IMG/VR virus record: IMGVR_UViG_3300043464_002284
Span: 124,001-188,000 of that record
Length of the DNA: 64,000 nucleotides
Reading direction: 5' to 3' (one strand)
The notes beneath the pieces were generated by a model. It did not search any database. It saw only the letters and a list, made by a program, of their open reading frames with translations, and was not told where the DNA came from. Below are positions 27,697 through 39,122 of this stretch, in pieces. How positions within the stretch are numbered: position 1 is the stretch's first letter; each line of letters opens with the position of its first letter. The translations under genes and the position numbers were made by a program.

Positions 27697-27774
27697 TAAA
27701 CCCTTATCTGACAAGGACTTACGACAAGGCGGGGCGCCCGAAATTTCTCTAAGTTATTTGATACCAACGACTTA
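27697..27774. repeat. Double-palindrome element 19
   Basis: Starts 27697/27750; further solo palindromes at 27799, 27850, 28013 and 28562. Confidence 0.9.
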
Positions 27775-27929
27775 CGTCAATTTAGTAAAAGAATCTCGTA
27801 AGCCCAGTGTTGCCAACGGGTTGGGATGTCGATATACTGTATGTGGACGTAAGTGATTGAGTGGCAAGGGGTTAGGTTAAAATAGTAATAGAATTGTAAT
27901 AATGGATTGTATATTTTACCAGCCCTTTT

Positions 27930-27979
27930 TTGTCTCGCCTAATCCAGCGGATTTGCTGCCGTTGCTGTTAGTCAGCGAG
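27930..27979 (+). repeat. 50-bp ungapped motif, copy 3
   Basis: TTGTCTCGCCTAATCCAGCGGATTTGC...TAGTCAGCGAG. Confidence 0.85.
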
Positions 27980-28181
27980 AATATTCACTATAATAACACG
28001 AGCCTCTGTTCCTAAGTTCTTATGTTTCAACCACTTGCGACAAGTCTTGGGGTGTGGTATACTAAACAGTGTAACAACGATAGTAACAAAACGACTAATA
28101 GTTGAGATTTATTCTCAATAGATAAAGTTAGTTAGATTTTGTTGTATAATCTTATAGTCAGGCAAAAACTGGGAGCCCTTT

Positions 28182-28397
28182 GTGATGCAGAAAGAAAAAA
28201 TTATTGTAACTGATGAAAATCGACAGGATATTACTAACATCTATTGTCACAGACTTTTGGATGACATGGACTTTAATACTCTGTGGACTTTTGCTTATGA
28301 TATGTTGAGAGATAATAAAGCGGGTTTGACTAATAAAATGTTGGAAGATCAAATCTCTGACTACTACCCTGATATTCTGGAGAACCAATGGAAATAG
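28182..28397 (+). CDS. Hypothetical protein (paralog of 29254-29511)
   Basis: NR.DI...Y...L..DF...LE.QI....PD.L shared. Confidence 0.55.
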   Translation: MMQKEKIIVTDENRQDITNIYCHRLLDDMDFNTLWTFAYDMLRDNKAGLTNKMLEDQISDYYPDILENQWK

Positions 28398-29031
28398 ATA
28401 TTACAAAACAAGAAGCCTGGAAACTAATAGATGCTATCAAGGCATATATGAAGGACTATACTGTTACGGGAGCAGTTCATAAAACGTTCGACAATATTAC
28501 TAAAAAACTAAAGGAGGTTGTCAAAGAATAGTAACTGGTGGTGAGAGACCGGTTAGTATTGTAAGTTGTTTGTTCTCAAGGCTTTGCGTCAACAGAGCCG
28601 ATATGGTATACTAGGACGGTGGCGTGAGTGGTCAACTTTTCTCTTTCTAAGGAATTCTTATGCTAGGCCTAATCTTTGGTAGTTGTGTTGTTTTTGGACT
28701 TATCCAAGGTTTTAGCAGCAAGTAAGATTTTATGAATAATAATCAGACTATTCGGGTCGTTACCATACAAATGGAATTGGCTATACCAAATGATGATTGT
28801 ACTTGTCTAGATAGAGATGACATCTGCAATTATCTAAATAATAAACTGTATGAGGACCCTGAATTTTTTGGTGAGTTTGGCCCTGAGAATATTGTAAAGG
28901 TAGCCTCACTAGAATCATAGATACTATCTATTGTAGTATACCCTTCTCTAACTTCTTAACTCTTATTTATCATACGCACCTGCATAATACATATTCTTTT
29001 CTCTGGGGTGTGTCAAGAAATAAAAATCTTA

Positions 29032-29081
29032 TTGTCCAATCTAATCCTTCGGATTTGGCGGTCATGGCGATAGTCAGCGAG
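29032..29081 (+). repeat. 50-bp ungapped motif, copy 4
   Basis: TTGTCCAATCTAATCCTTCGGATTTGG...TAGTCAGCGAG. Confidence 0.85.
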
Positions 29082-29253
29082 TAATGAGGGGTCAGTTAAC
29101 AAACCAATAAGAAGTTATGTTTGGTCCTTCAACCTCCTTCTGGTATAATACAAGAGTCAACGGAGCCAGTAGTCAAGCATGTGGTGAGACAGATGCGGGA
29201 CTAAGGGAATCATGGGCAAAAGTGTTTTTAACTTTTAAACCATGAGGTGATTT

Positions 29254-29511
29254 ATGAAAAGTAGATTTATAGGTTCGGATAATCGAGTCGAGATTCAAAG
29301 AAAGTATATTGATCAGATCTTGGGTGAATTAGATTTCATGCAGATCAAAGATCGATTAAGAGATTATCTGACCAAGGAAAAGGATAAAGAATCTAACTAT
29401 GCTTTGGAAGCTGAGATACGAAAAGAAGCTCCAGATGTTTTAGTAGATAATTGGGATAGTTCAGATGGGCCAACTACCTTGATAGAGGAAGAAGGGTATC
29501 ATCATGCTTAA
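29254..29511 (+). CDS. Hypothetical protein (paralog of 28182-28397)
   Basis: GAGGTG RBS; shared motif. Confidence 0.6.
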   Translation: MKSRFIGSDNRVEIQRKYIDQILGELDFMQIKDRLRDYLTKEKDKESNYALEAEIRKEAPDVLVDNWDSSDGPTTLIEEEGYHHA

Positions 29512-29909
29512 AACTTTCCACAGAATAATTTCTTTTGAAGTAGAGGGTGAAATTTATGATAGCTCTACTACTCCAGAGAGTATTCTAAAAAGCTATGACT
29601 GGCACTTTAAAGGATTTCATGACAATCATGAGGACAAATGTTTCTTAGAATCATCTCATGATAACAGTCATGGACGCATTACTAAAATTGTGCGAAAGAA
29701 TAAGATCAGTAAAACTGACAAAGCAGATACAGAAACTTTCACAATTAATAATAGGTGACTTATGAATTATACATTAGTTTATTGGAGCGTTGGAACACTA
29801 GTAACATTGTTAGCATTAGTGTCATTATACTATTTCTCTTGTCGCTGTTCTCCTCCAGCTATTAAATAGTAAATAATAGTAATTTGGTATTAATTTAATC
29901 CGGTGAGGT

Positions 29910-29959
29910 TAGTCTCGGCTAATCTCCCGGATTTGGCTTTAGTGGTAATAGTCAGCGAG
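29910..29959 (+). repeat. 50-bp ungapped motif, copy 5
   Basis: TAGTCTCGGCTAATCTCCCGGATTTGG...TAGTCAGCGAG. Confidence 0.85.
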
Positions 29960-30077
29960 TTAGTGGGGTCAGTTAAAAAAGAGTATATCGGTGGAACTTG
30001 CCTCCTAGTCCGCATAGCCTATTATAGGTCAAATGACAGTCGCAGGGACGCGACATTACTTCAACAGGAGAAAGTTT

Positions 30078-30293
30078 ATGATTAAGTTTGTTCTTGTGTT
30101 TGCTCTAATGGTTCTTGGTTCGTCAACCTATGCTGGTGAGTGTGCTAGTGGACATTGTACTCTACGAAGTCGAGTTGTCAATGTTACACAAGAAATTGTT
30201 GCTGTTCCAGTAGCAGTTACACGCCGAACAGTTGAGGCTACTCGTAATGTTGGTCGAAGAACTGTAGCTCGCGTTCGCAGCGTTGTTCGTTAA
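30078..30293 (+). CDS. Small secreted protein (planctomycete-like)
   Basis: Signal peptide, ECASGHC, Arg/Val-rich tail. Confidence 0.6.
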   Translation: MIKFVLVFALMVLGSSTYAGECASGHCTLRSRVVNVTQEIVAVPVAVTRRTVEATRNVGRRTVARVRSVVR

Positions 30294-30441
30294 TATTCAT
30301 GGTCGATAATCAAAAGGATCATAGGACAGATTTGTTTGATTATAGGTCATAAAGAAAAGATAACCCCCGATGCCTCTTAGCAATGCACACTTTCGGGGGT
30401 CTTTTCTTAAAATAGGACTAACTTTATTCAAGGAGGAATTT

Positions 30442-30786
30442 ATGAAAGTTTTCATGATGGTATTTGCAATTTGTTTTTGTACTATGTTTGCCGCATCGGC
30501 TGCTGGGCCAAAGTATTATTACTCTCAGCCAACAAGGGTTGAAAGTTATGCTAATAATTACTCTGGTGGAGATGACCAAAGTCGATGTCAAGCCGAAGCT
30601 AATCATATGGCAGCTAATAACATTACTGGTCATGTGTGGGGAGTTATTGGTAGTTTTGAAGGAGTAGGTTATGGTTCTAGTCCCAATTGTAACACTTGTA
30701 CTCCAGGTAACAATATGAGACTAACAGGAGATGCGTCAGCACAAGGTCGCAATGGTAAATGGTATAGAGTAAGGTCTTGGAGATAA
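30442..30786 (+). CDS. Small secreted Cys-containing protein (minimal CAP-like, planctomycete-like)
   Basis: Signal peptide; EANHMA...GH...FEGVGYG...GDASAQG..GKWY...W. Confidence 0.5.
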   Translation: MKVFMMVFAICFCTMFAASAAGPKYYYSQPTRVESYANNYSGGDDQSRCQAEANHMAANNITGHVWGVIGSFEGVGYGSSPNCNTCTPGNNMRLTGDASAQGRNGKWYRVRSWR

Positions 30787-30795
30787 TATCTTCAG

Positions 30796-30868
30796 GCAAG
30801 AGTAGCTCAATTGGCAGAGCGTCAGGTTTCCAACCTGAATGTTGAGGGTTCGATTCCCTTCTCTTGCT
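30796..30868 (+). tRNA. tRNA-Gly(TCC)
   Basis: GCAAGAG/CTCTTGC; TCAGG-TTTCCAA-CCTGA. Confidence 0.92.
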
Positions 30869-30883
30869 TTTAATAGTAACAGA

Positions 30884-30933
30884 TTGTATCAGCTAATAGT
30901 ATCGGGTTGGTTTTTATGGTAACAGTCAGCGAG
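30884..30933 (+). repeat. 50-bp ungapped motif, copy 6 (15 nt after tRNA-Gly)
   Basis: TTGTATCAGCTAATAGTATCGGGTTGG...CAGTCAGCGAG. Confidence 0.8.
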
Positions 30934-31177
30934 ATTTAGTATGATAACAACTATAAAAATTCAACCCCAAATGGACTGTAATTACATTTGTCAAAGAATT
31001 CACCAAGCTATCCTCCAATATCAAAAGGATAACCAGAACGTAAACGATACTATGCTAGTGATAGATATTCGTAAACCTTATGACGATGATAATCTTATCT
31101 CCAAGTTAGAATTTAAGGAAGAATAAACTTGCTAAAGTAGTCAGGCGCTTTTATAATACCATTGAGATACTCTGTAT

Positions 31178-31227
31178 ATGTCTCACCTAAAATTCCGGGT
31201 TTGGAATTTATGGAAACAGTCAGCGAG
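31178..31227 (+). repeat. 50-bp ungapped motif, copy 7
   Basis: ATGTCTCACCTAAAATTCCGGGTTTGG...CAGTCAGCGAG. Confidence 0.8.
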
Positions 31228-34018
31228 TTTATCATGTTAAAACATACTATAATCAATATTGATAATAAGTGTCTTGATCTATTGTTAACAGAAGAAGAAA
31301 TTCAAGGTGCTTTTGCCCGAGCTTTAGATCATAATAATGCTCAATATATTAACCAAAATATTTGCTGCAAATGCTGGCCCATAGATAGTAATAAGGAATG
31401 TTGTCCGTTCTGGAAAAAGATTTTTGGACTATGTGAAAGTTGTCAAGAAAATCCCCCAGAGTCAAAGGAGAACTGTGATGGCTAAGAAAAAAGCCTGTAA
31501 GAAAACTTGTGGGAAAAAATGTAGCAAGAAAAAGTGCGACCAAGTTCCACAAGAAAATCAAGATACTGGATTTGAAGTTAAGCCGTTAACAAAGGCAGAT
31601 TATTTTTTTGGAATGATTAAGAAAGCCTTTGGTTATGAATGAGATATTCAGCAACTTAGGATTTTTATTGATGAGTTTGATTCTGGTAGAGTCTATAGTA
31701 TATATTACAGGACTATGGTTCGTCTCCTATCTGTCAAGGAAAGATGACGATGACTCAAATAATTTCCATAGTTAGTCGGCCAATTTGCCCCACCTTCATT
31801 CATGATGACATAACCAGAATATTCATTTCCCTCATAGGATTACTAGTCCTCTCTGCCATCTTTTACCAAATAGTTAGATATTATGGTCGTTGAAAATAAT
31901 AATCTCATTATATATGGCCCACATATCATTCTTTCCTGCATCATAGTTAGATCACTGCTGATCTGGTATTTAGAGCATTTTTTATATGAGGACTATAATG
32001 AGTAAAATTTCAAGAAATGATGATTTTCATGTTCCTTTCATTAAGAATCTAGCTTTTGTGGGGCTAGTTACTATAGTTTCTATGATTACTACTCACTTTT
32101 TAGTAGTAAATTATCTTCCAAAACTTATTCAAACCCAAGAATATACCATTCAGCAATCCCAGATTCAGCCCAAGTAGGTCTTTCTTTAGCTAATACGACC
32201 TATTTAACGGCTAAAAGAATTAATATTCACTTATTATCTTATCTCGTGGTGAAATTTGAGTAAAGTCTATTCTCTGATAGGGTGAATTATACCATATCGG
32301 CCTAAAGTTGTCAAGCCCTCATTGTCGATACTTGACAGAGAGGAAACTATGATGTATACTGGTACTACTGATAGGGGTAGAAAACTTAATTTGGGGCTGA
32401 AAAAGATGTATAAACAGATTCAATTGACTGATAAGGAACTAGAACTTTTAGCCTCTATGATCCGGTATTATATTGGTGAAAAGAAGGACAAACCGGGCTT
32501 TGAAATCAATAATGCTCACATTATGTTACGTCACATTAGTGGGGTAAATGCCCGTAAAGGTAGTAATCAAATAGTCTTTAGTGGGAAATGAACCCATTCC
32601 ATTTATCAAATGAAAAAGAAATCAAAACAAATGAAAATCAATGATTATATGTCGCTCGTTGCTGACTATATTGAGAATGAGTATGGGCCAGATGACGATT
32701 TTAAGGAATTAACTATGGACGAAAAATATGCAGTTAAAATGATGCTGGCATTTCATTACCAAGAAAATAATAGTATCAATAATGCGGCTAGTGATGTTAT
32801 TAGTTATATTCGTGACAATAGAGAATGGATGAGGGAGAATATCAAATGAGTAGTATTGTAATCAAAGATAGTTATAAGGCTGATGTTTTCAATTTCGATA
32901 TGGAATGTTGGAAACAAGAAATTCCTAATGAGATACTGTTTAATGAAGATGGAACAGTCAAGGACGGGCCTTGTACTAAATGGGCTGAACTATATAATCT
33001 GACTATTAATAATGTGATCAGTTGGGAATGGACTAAGATGAAGTTGACAAGAAATGAACTCAAAGGTTTGGCCGATTTTCTTAACCAATTTTTGGAGGAC
33101 AACCCATGAACGATAAACTGAAAAGTAATATCAGGAACTTTATTGTGGATTATGATAATACTGTGAGTGATTTTAATATGGCTGATTATGATTTGTGGCT
33201 TGAGACTGCCGTTAATCTTTTGAAAGAAGTTTTGGAGAATAAATAATGACTAAACCCACAATCCTTACAGACAAAGAAATTGAGGCGATTAAGGAATCCA
33301 TGAGACAAATATGGGAGAGCGACTGCATTTCCATAGAGGATGCACAAGAAGTAAATACCATTCTCAATAATCTACTTGAAAGGACAAAGGAAAACTAATG
33401 GTAATTCAAAAAACTTGGACAGACCTTTTGGGCAAGCCTCAAGGTAATGAGAGTGTTGATGGTAATGATATTGTGAGGGAAGTTAGTCTTCATCAATTTA
33501 GAATATTGTGGTCATTTAATAGTAATCAAGAAGCTAATCGGATTTATACTTATTGGACAACTATGGAGAATAACTAATGACTAGATTAAATTTGGATTTG
33601 ACAACTAAACAGATCAATCTTCTATTTGTGGCTTTGGAAAATCTTGAGAAAAGTGATAGGATGGGCGATCCTGAGCGTGCAGATATTATGAAGTTGACGA
33701 GATATTTGGATAGTGTAGTATTTGTTGAGAAATGGTATGTGGAAAACAAATAATGGAAAACGGGACAGTTGTCGTATTTGAACCCAAAAATTTTAATCCA
33801 GAGTTTTGGAACAATCTTCCAGAAAAAGATAGGGCTGAATATTACGGGCCTTTGGGTTATGGATCGGACAAGAAGAAGTTTTTTGTATTTTTGACCGAAA
33901 TTAAAAATGCTCCCGGCCATTGTGTTCTTGTTGATCTTGACGATGGACATATAGAGGTTATGCGTCATGTTTCTGATTTTAGAGAAGTTAATGAAGAAGA
34001 ATTTTAGGAGAATAAATA

Positions 34019-34303
34019 ATGAGAGTAAGAATTACTACCAAAGGTGGTAGGCCAGCTAGGGATCATACCCTTAAAAGGAATATTGAGCAGGAAAATGCAA
34101 GAAAAAATCGTCCGATAACAGATGAGGTTAAAAAAATAACATTTGGCAAGTATAAGGGCATTTCTATTACAGATATAGATTCCAAGTACCTGTTGTGGTG
34201 TTGTAATAATCTTGATAAGTGCCCATCATATATTACTGATGAGCTAAAATATCGGGGCCACAACCCACCAGATATTCCTCCGTGGGAAGATCGTATACAT
34301 TAA
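34019..34303 (+). CDS. DUF3820-like (FGKY-motif) protein
   Basis: ITFGKYKGISITDIDSKYLLW. Confidence 0.65.
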   Translation: MRVRITTKGGRPARDHTLKRNIEQENARKNRPITDEVKKITFGKYKGISITDIDSKYLLWCCNNLDKCPSYITDELKYRGHNPPDIPPWEDRIH

Positions 34304-35794
34304 TATCTTTCAAAGGAGTATAAATAATGGCTGGACTTGTATTGTTTGCTATATTAGGATATATGGCTTGTGTACGAATTTATGATTGGTGGAATGGATA
34401 TGGGGAGTTATTTTAATGACTAATGAAGATAAAGCAGATTGTCTTACTTTACTAAAAGAAATGAAAGAACTATGTAGGGTATTCGCCAAACATAAAGTCG
34501 ATGACCCTGCTATGGCATCCTTCATTTATGCTGTGAATCAATCTACTGATGTTCTTATTGAGATTATTGAAAACAAACCACTAGAAATCAAAAGGATGTT
34601 TTAATGATAGTTAATCTTAAAACAGAATTACAAAATCTTGACCGTAATGATTTTATGGCAGTTGCCAATCTCGTTGATAAAATAGTTTTTGATCTTAGTG
34701 ATCTTCTGATTGATGTGGGCGATGAAATCATGTTAGCTGCTGCAAAAGACTATATGATTGACCTTATTAATCCTGACCTATTGGATTTTGACAATGACCA
34801 AAGCTGAATACAAAAAACATCATTGTAAGGTAGTAGAGTATATTTATGCAGAATATAGTGATTTTCATTTTACTAGAATGAAGAATGGATCGTTACTTAT
34901 TCAATTAAGTCCAATAGATAAACACCTATTTCATTTACTTATTAAAACTTTATCTAATCATCCTGATCCTAAAAATAGTATTAATAATATTGCTGGCAAT
35001 GTAGTGGAAGAAATGTGGCAATGTTTGTGGGGAAAGTCTAAGATAAGGTCTTGAAAAATAAGTATACCATATAAAGGAAACTGTGAACATCTTAAAGAAG
35101 GATATTGTATAGCTTGCGTATCCAAGATTAGAGATAATTGGGGTGCTACTGCTATGACTTTTTCTAAAGATTCAAAATGCTATATTAATGTGTGGGATGG
35201 TGATTATCCAAAGTGGATTGAGATAACTAATGACACTAGTAAGAACCCTAATTCTTGAATATGATATTGTTGAGATTCATTACAATGAACTTTTGAAGAA
35301 TAAACCTTACTTGATCAGGGTTTTTAGCTATAATAGTAGTGACCCTACTGAACTCAGAGTGGATGAAAATCAAGTCAACAATCTATATCAAACTCTTAAA
35401 GAATACTATCTATTATGAAAATTCAAAACAAGAAAGAAATTGTTCTCAGCGTCCAAGATATTCAAAATATTCTGTTTGATCATTTAACAAGACAATACAG
35501 GCTTGACGGGGATTTTAATTTTGACTTTATTGTTATCAATAAACCATATTCATGTGGAATGTATGATTCTTGTGATCGTCATGAATTTGATGGTGTGAAG
35601 ATTGTGGTGACTCATGATTAACTCAGAAATTTTGGAAAAAATGAAAGAACAGTATGAAAAAGCTAAAATTTTAGCTAAACAAGCTTGGCAAGACGGAGAT
35701 CATGAGGGAAGTCTTTATGATCAGTATTATTTTGAGGCCGGATTTTTTGCTGGTTTAGCGTGTGGACTGAAAAAGAATTTAGAAGAGAAATAAT

Positions 35795-36253
35795 ATGAGA
35801 AAAAAAGAATTAGCCGTTGACAATATCATGCTGTTTGGTGGATTAGTTATACTTACAGCAGCATTATGCACCCTTGTTCTTAATCCTATCCACAAAAAGA
35901 ATATACAAAAACTATCAGAACCACCACTGATAACTTGCAATCAATGTAAAGGCTCTGGAGAAGAGCTAACAGATATTAATAAACTTATGATGGATGCTAG
36001 TTTGGCATTATTCATAAATCATCATCTTATGGTTGACAAGTGCGATAAGTGTGTTAAACTACCCTACGGTGATGGTTACGATTATTGCGATATTGTTCAG
36101 AACAAATACAAGATTTTGCTTCAAGAATATGGTGCTGCTGGGCCGAAAATAGATATGGCGGCTTGTGAAAAATGTATGGGGATGGGCCAATTTACCACAG
36201 TAAAAAAAGATGGGTCATATATGACTCAAGAAGAATATAATGAAACCCATTGA
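35795..36253 (+). CDS. Membrane-anchored protein with DnaJ-type CxxCxGxG zinc-finger motifs
   Basis: CNQCKGSG and CEKCMGMG; N-terminal TM helix. Confidence 0.55.
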   Translation: MRKKELAVDNIMLFGGLVILTAALCTLVLNPIHKKNIQKLSEPPLITCNQCKGSGEELTDINKLMMDASLALFINHHLMVDKCDKCVKLPYGDGYDYCDIVQNKYKILLQEYGAAGPKIDMAACEKCMGMGQFTTVKKDGSYMTQEEYNETH

Positions 36254-36500
36254 AGTTGGATTTGATGGAACTATACAGATTTATAATGGAACTAGTAGTC
36301 CATATAAAATCATATTTGCACGATCAACACATGATGATAAGGGGCCAGATGTTTGGTCAGCTAGTTGGAATCCGAACATAAATAACAAAATTAAGAATAC
36401 ATTTATTTGGTGGACAAAGACAGATGGGCCAGAATTATTTTATCGAAATAAAGATGGTGAACTGTTTACTGTAAATTTTGAGCCTTTTGGGGAATAATTC

Positions 36501-36881
36501 GTGATCGGTTTAAATGTACGGTCGCCTTGGTCTACCCTTTTAATTAATGGTCAGAAAAGTGTCGAAACCCGCTCCTATCGACTCCCCACAAGATTAGAGG
36601 GGGTTGAGTTAGCACTTATTGAAACCCCGGGGAAATCGGCTAAGTTTAAGAGTAGAATTATCGGAACAATTACTTTTAGTTCTTGTGTTCAATACTCTTC
36701 TAAAGAGCAGTGGGAATCTGATGAGAGTAAGCATAAGGTGAGTATTGATGATAAGACTTATGGCTGGAAAGATAAGCCTAAGTTTGGGTGGATTGTAAAA
36801 TCCGTTAAAAGGTTTGAAAATCCTATTGACCCTCCAGCTAAACGTGGTATAATTTACGCAAGAGACTGTGTTTGTTATTAG
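36501..36881 (+). CDS. ASCH/PUA-like domain protein
   Basis: GLNVRSPWSTLLINGQKSVETR...GTITF. Confidence 0.8.
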   Translation: MIGLNVRSPWSTLLINGQKSVETRSYRLPTRLEGVELALIETPGKSAKFKSRIIGTITFSSCVQYSSKEQWESDESKHKVSIDDKTYGWKDKPKFGWIVKSVKRFENPIDPPAKRGIIYARDCVCY

Positions 36882-38435
36882 GAGATTAAGAGTGAGCGAA
36901 ATATATAAAACAGAATATGCTAATCTAGAACTAGACAATACTAGAGTAGGAAAATTTGAATATGAGCTAGGTATTTCTCTGTATAAAAAGAAATTGGTAC
37001 TAATTTTTTCTGAGGAAGAACTTAAGGGCTTTGCTGATTTTATCAATAACTTTTTGGAGAGTAAATCATGAGATGGGTTTTTATTGTGGCTAGAGGATCA
37101 ACCATCGAAAAAATTAAAGTTTTTGATGACTATTTTGTAGGAGAAGCCTATACCAATGAATATCTAAGGATAGGATTTGGAGTAAACGAAGTAGATTTTC
37201 CAGAATATCGCAAAGGGGAATATTATGAAGGAGGAATAAGTGTTGGTCTTTACAAAGACAATGGGTAATTTTGTAAAGTGTCTGTTGACAAACGCCGATA
37301 ACACAGTATACTTGGGTATCCCTTGGAGAAAGTTTATGAGTCCAACAGTTCAACAAAAAGTTCAAAATTTGATTGATAAGTATTTCATTGGTCAGAACAA
37401 CCATGAACTATCTATCAAACAAGATAACCTAGACAAATTCTTGTCGGAATACAACAAGATTATTATTACTCGTACCGTGGAAGTTTGTGGCATACATTAA
37501 TTGGAGAAAAACATGACAGTTCAACAGCTTCGTAATAGTGGATATAAGGTTAGGGTTCTTCACAATCGTCTTTACAACGGCTATTATAAATGGCAAGTAG
37601 GTAGCAAACCTAATCAGAGCGTTCATGGTTATGCTCCTATTGATCCAGATACTAAAGGTGGATCAACCCAAATTATAATTGATGGCCCATCTGGCGATCA
37701 TTATGATGGACTCGCTATTTGTAGTAAGAAAGAGAACTATAATAAAAAACTGGGAGTTAGAATTGCTCTTGGACGTTGTAACATTAAACAGCCAGCATAT
37801 ATTCCAGTCGAGGTAGAAAATGACTAAAGAAGAAAAATTGGAAGAGATTAGGCGAATGTGCTTGGGTATTATGCAAGTTTGGAGTCAAAAGTCTAGTTAT
37901 AATGATCCTTATGAGGATGGAAGAATTGTAGGTCGTTCAACACTAGCAGAAACTATTCTGGAGATTATTAATCATGGCTAAGAGTTTTGAAGATTTGTTG
38001 AAGAAAACTTGTTCTAAAGACGTTATTATTGATGGATATAAGAAAACTATGGACTACTTTGCAGAGTATATTGGAATGTCTCCAAAACAAGCCAACGTAT
38101 TGCCAGATGGTTTTTCAACGGTTAGAATTAAAGGGAAACAATTCAAGAGGCGTGATCCAGCACGAAGATGGTAATGAGAACATATAAAGAAGAATTAAGA
38201 AAAGTTCTTGATGACGTTTCATGTGATGTCTGTGGTAAAAGTACCACTAACTATCCAGATGTTGGGCCAGATTATGCCACTCTTGAATCTTGTTGGGGAT
38301 ATGGCTCAAAGAATGATGGATCAAGATTTGAGGTTGATCTGTGCGAGTCGTGTTTTAATGATGTAATTAATTTACTGAAAGAAAAAAGAAAAAGTGTTTT
38401 GGGGCCATTCGTCTATCCATATTCTCCAGACCCAC

Positions 38436-38990
38436 TCAATGGGCAGGAATATCTTTAGTCCAATCTAACTGATTATTTTTAGTTAAATTATCTTTAGCCC
38501 ATAAAGGCTGTAGGTTAGTATAGTGAGATAGTTTTATTTTTTCTTCTAAGGTTTTTGCAGACGATAATGGGATTATATGATCTATATGCCACTCCCCATG
38601 ATTTTTTCTTGTCATCCCTTCCGTAAATTGTTTTTCTAAATGTTGCCAAAATTCTTCAGATGAACAACCTATAATTTCTATTGTTCTTTTACTTTTGGTT
38701 TCACCCTTTAATGCTCGACCAACTAATTTTCTGAGAGTATAATCCATTTTAAAATTTGGATCTTTTTGTCTGCGTTCCTTTTGATATCTTCTACCATTTT
38801 CACGATATTTATCTCTATTATCTTTGTAATACTGTTTACCGTAATCAGGATTAATTTCTCTATATTTTTCACACTGCTTACTACCACACTTTTTGCAATA
38901 TGATCGTATATTACATGGGCGATCCTTACGAACATAAAATTCGTTAAAACTTTTTTTAATTCCACATTTACTACAAACTTTCTTTTTCAT
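38436..38990 (-). CDS. HNH endonuclease on the opposite strand
   Basis: CSKC...F...CKKC; WHIDHIIPLS...HYTNLQPLWAKDNLTK. Confidence 0.85.
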   Translation of the reverse strand: MKKKVCSKCGIKKSFNEFYVRKDRPCNIRSYCKKCGSKQCEKYREINPDYGKQYYKDNRDKYRENGRRYQKERRQKDPNFKMDYTLRKLVGRALKGETKSKRTIEIIGCSSEEFWQHLEKQFTEGMTRKNHGEWHIDHIIPLSSAKTLEEKIKLSHYTNLQPLWAKDNLTKNNQLDWTKDIPAH

Positions 38991-39122
38991 ATTAATACCT
39001 AAACACAGAAAGCCCAAATGTTGTCAAATTGCGGTTGACAAACACTCAGGCTTCTGGTATGATAATTGTATGGTTTTCAGAAATGTCCGCAATACATTTC
39101 TATTATAGATAATACACCAAAA

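Larger units (their letters stand above)
8497..27774. repeat. Dispersed array of 19 copies of a 78-bp phased double-palindrome element
   Basis: [TAAGTCCTT-N7-AAGGACTTA]-28 bp GC-rich core-[same palindrome]; period 53 bp in 17 copies, 54 and 52 in one each; mean spacing about 1.07 kb. Confidence 0.95.

Noticed and set aside
8497-27774. CRISPR array interpretation of the 78-bp repeats
   Set aside because: Copies are separated by 0.6-1.6 kb of promoters and genes rather than ~35-bp spacers, they are degenerate, and no cas genes are in the window.
8497-27774. Integron attC sites
   Set aside because: No RYYYAAC/GTTRRRY ends, cassettes carry their own promoters, and no integron integrase is in the window.
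8497-27774. Intrinsic terminators, parS or Xer dif sites
   Set aside because: No U-tracts follow the palindromes, and the sequence does not match parS (TGTTNCACGTGAAACA) or dif consensus.
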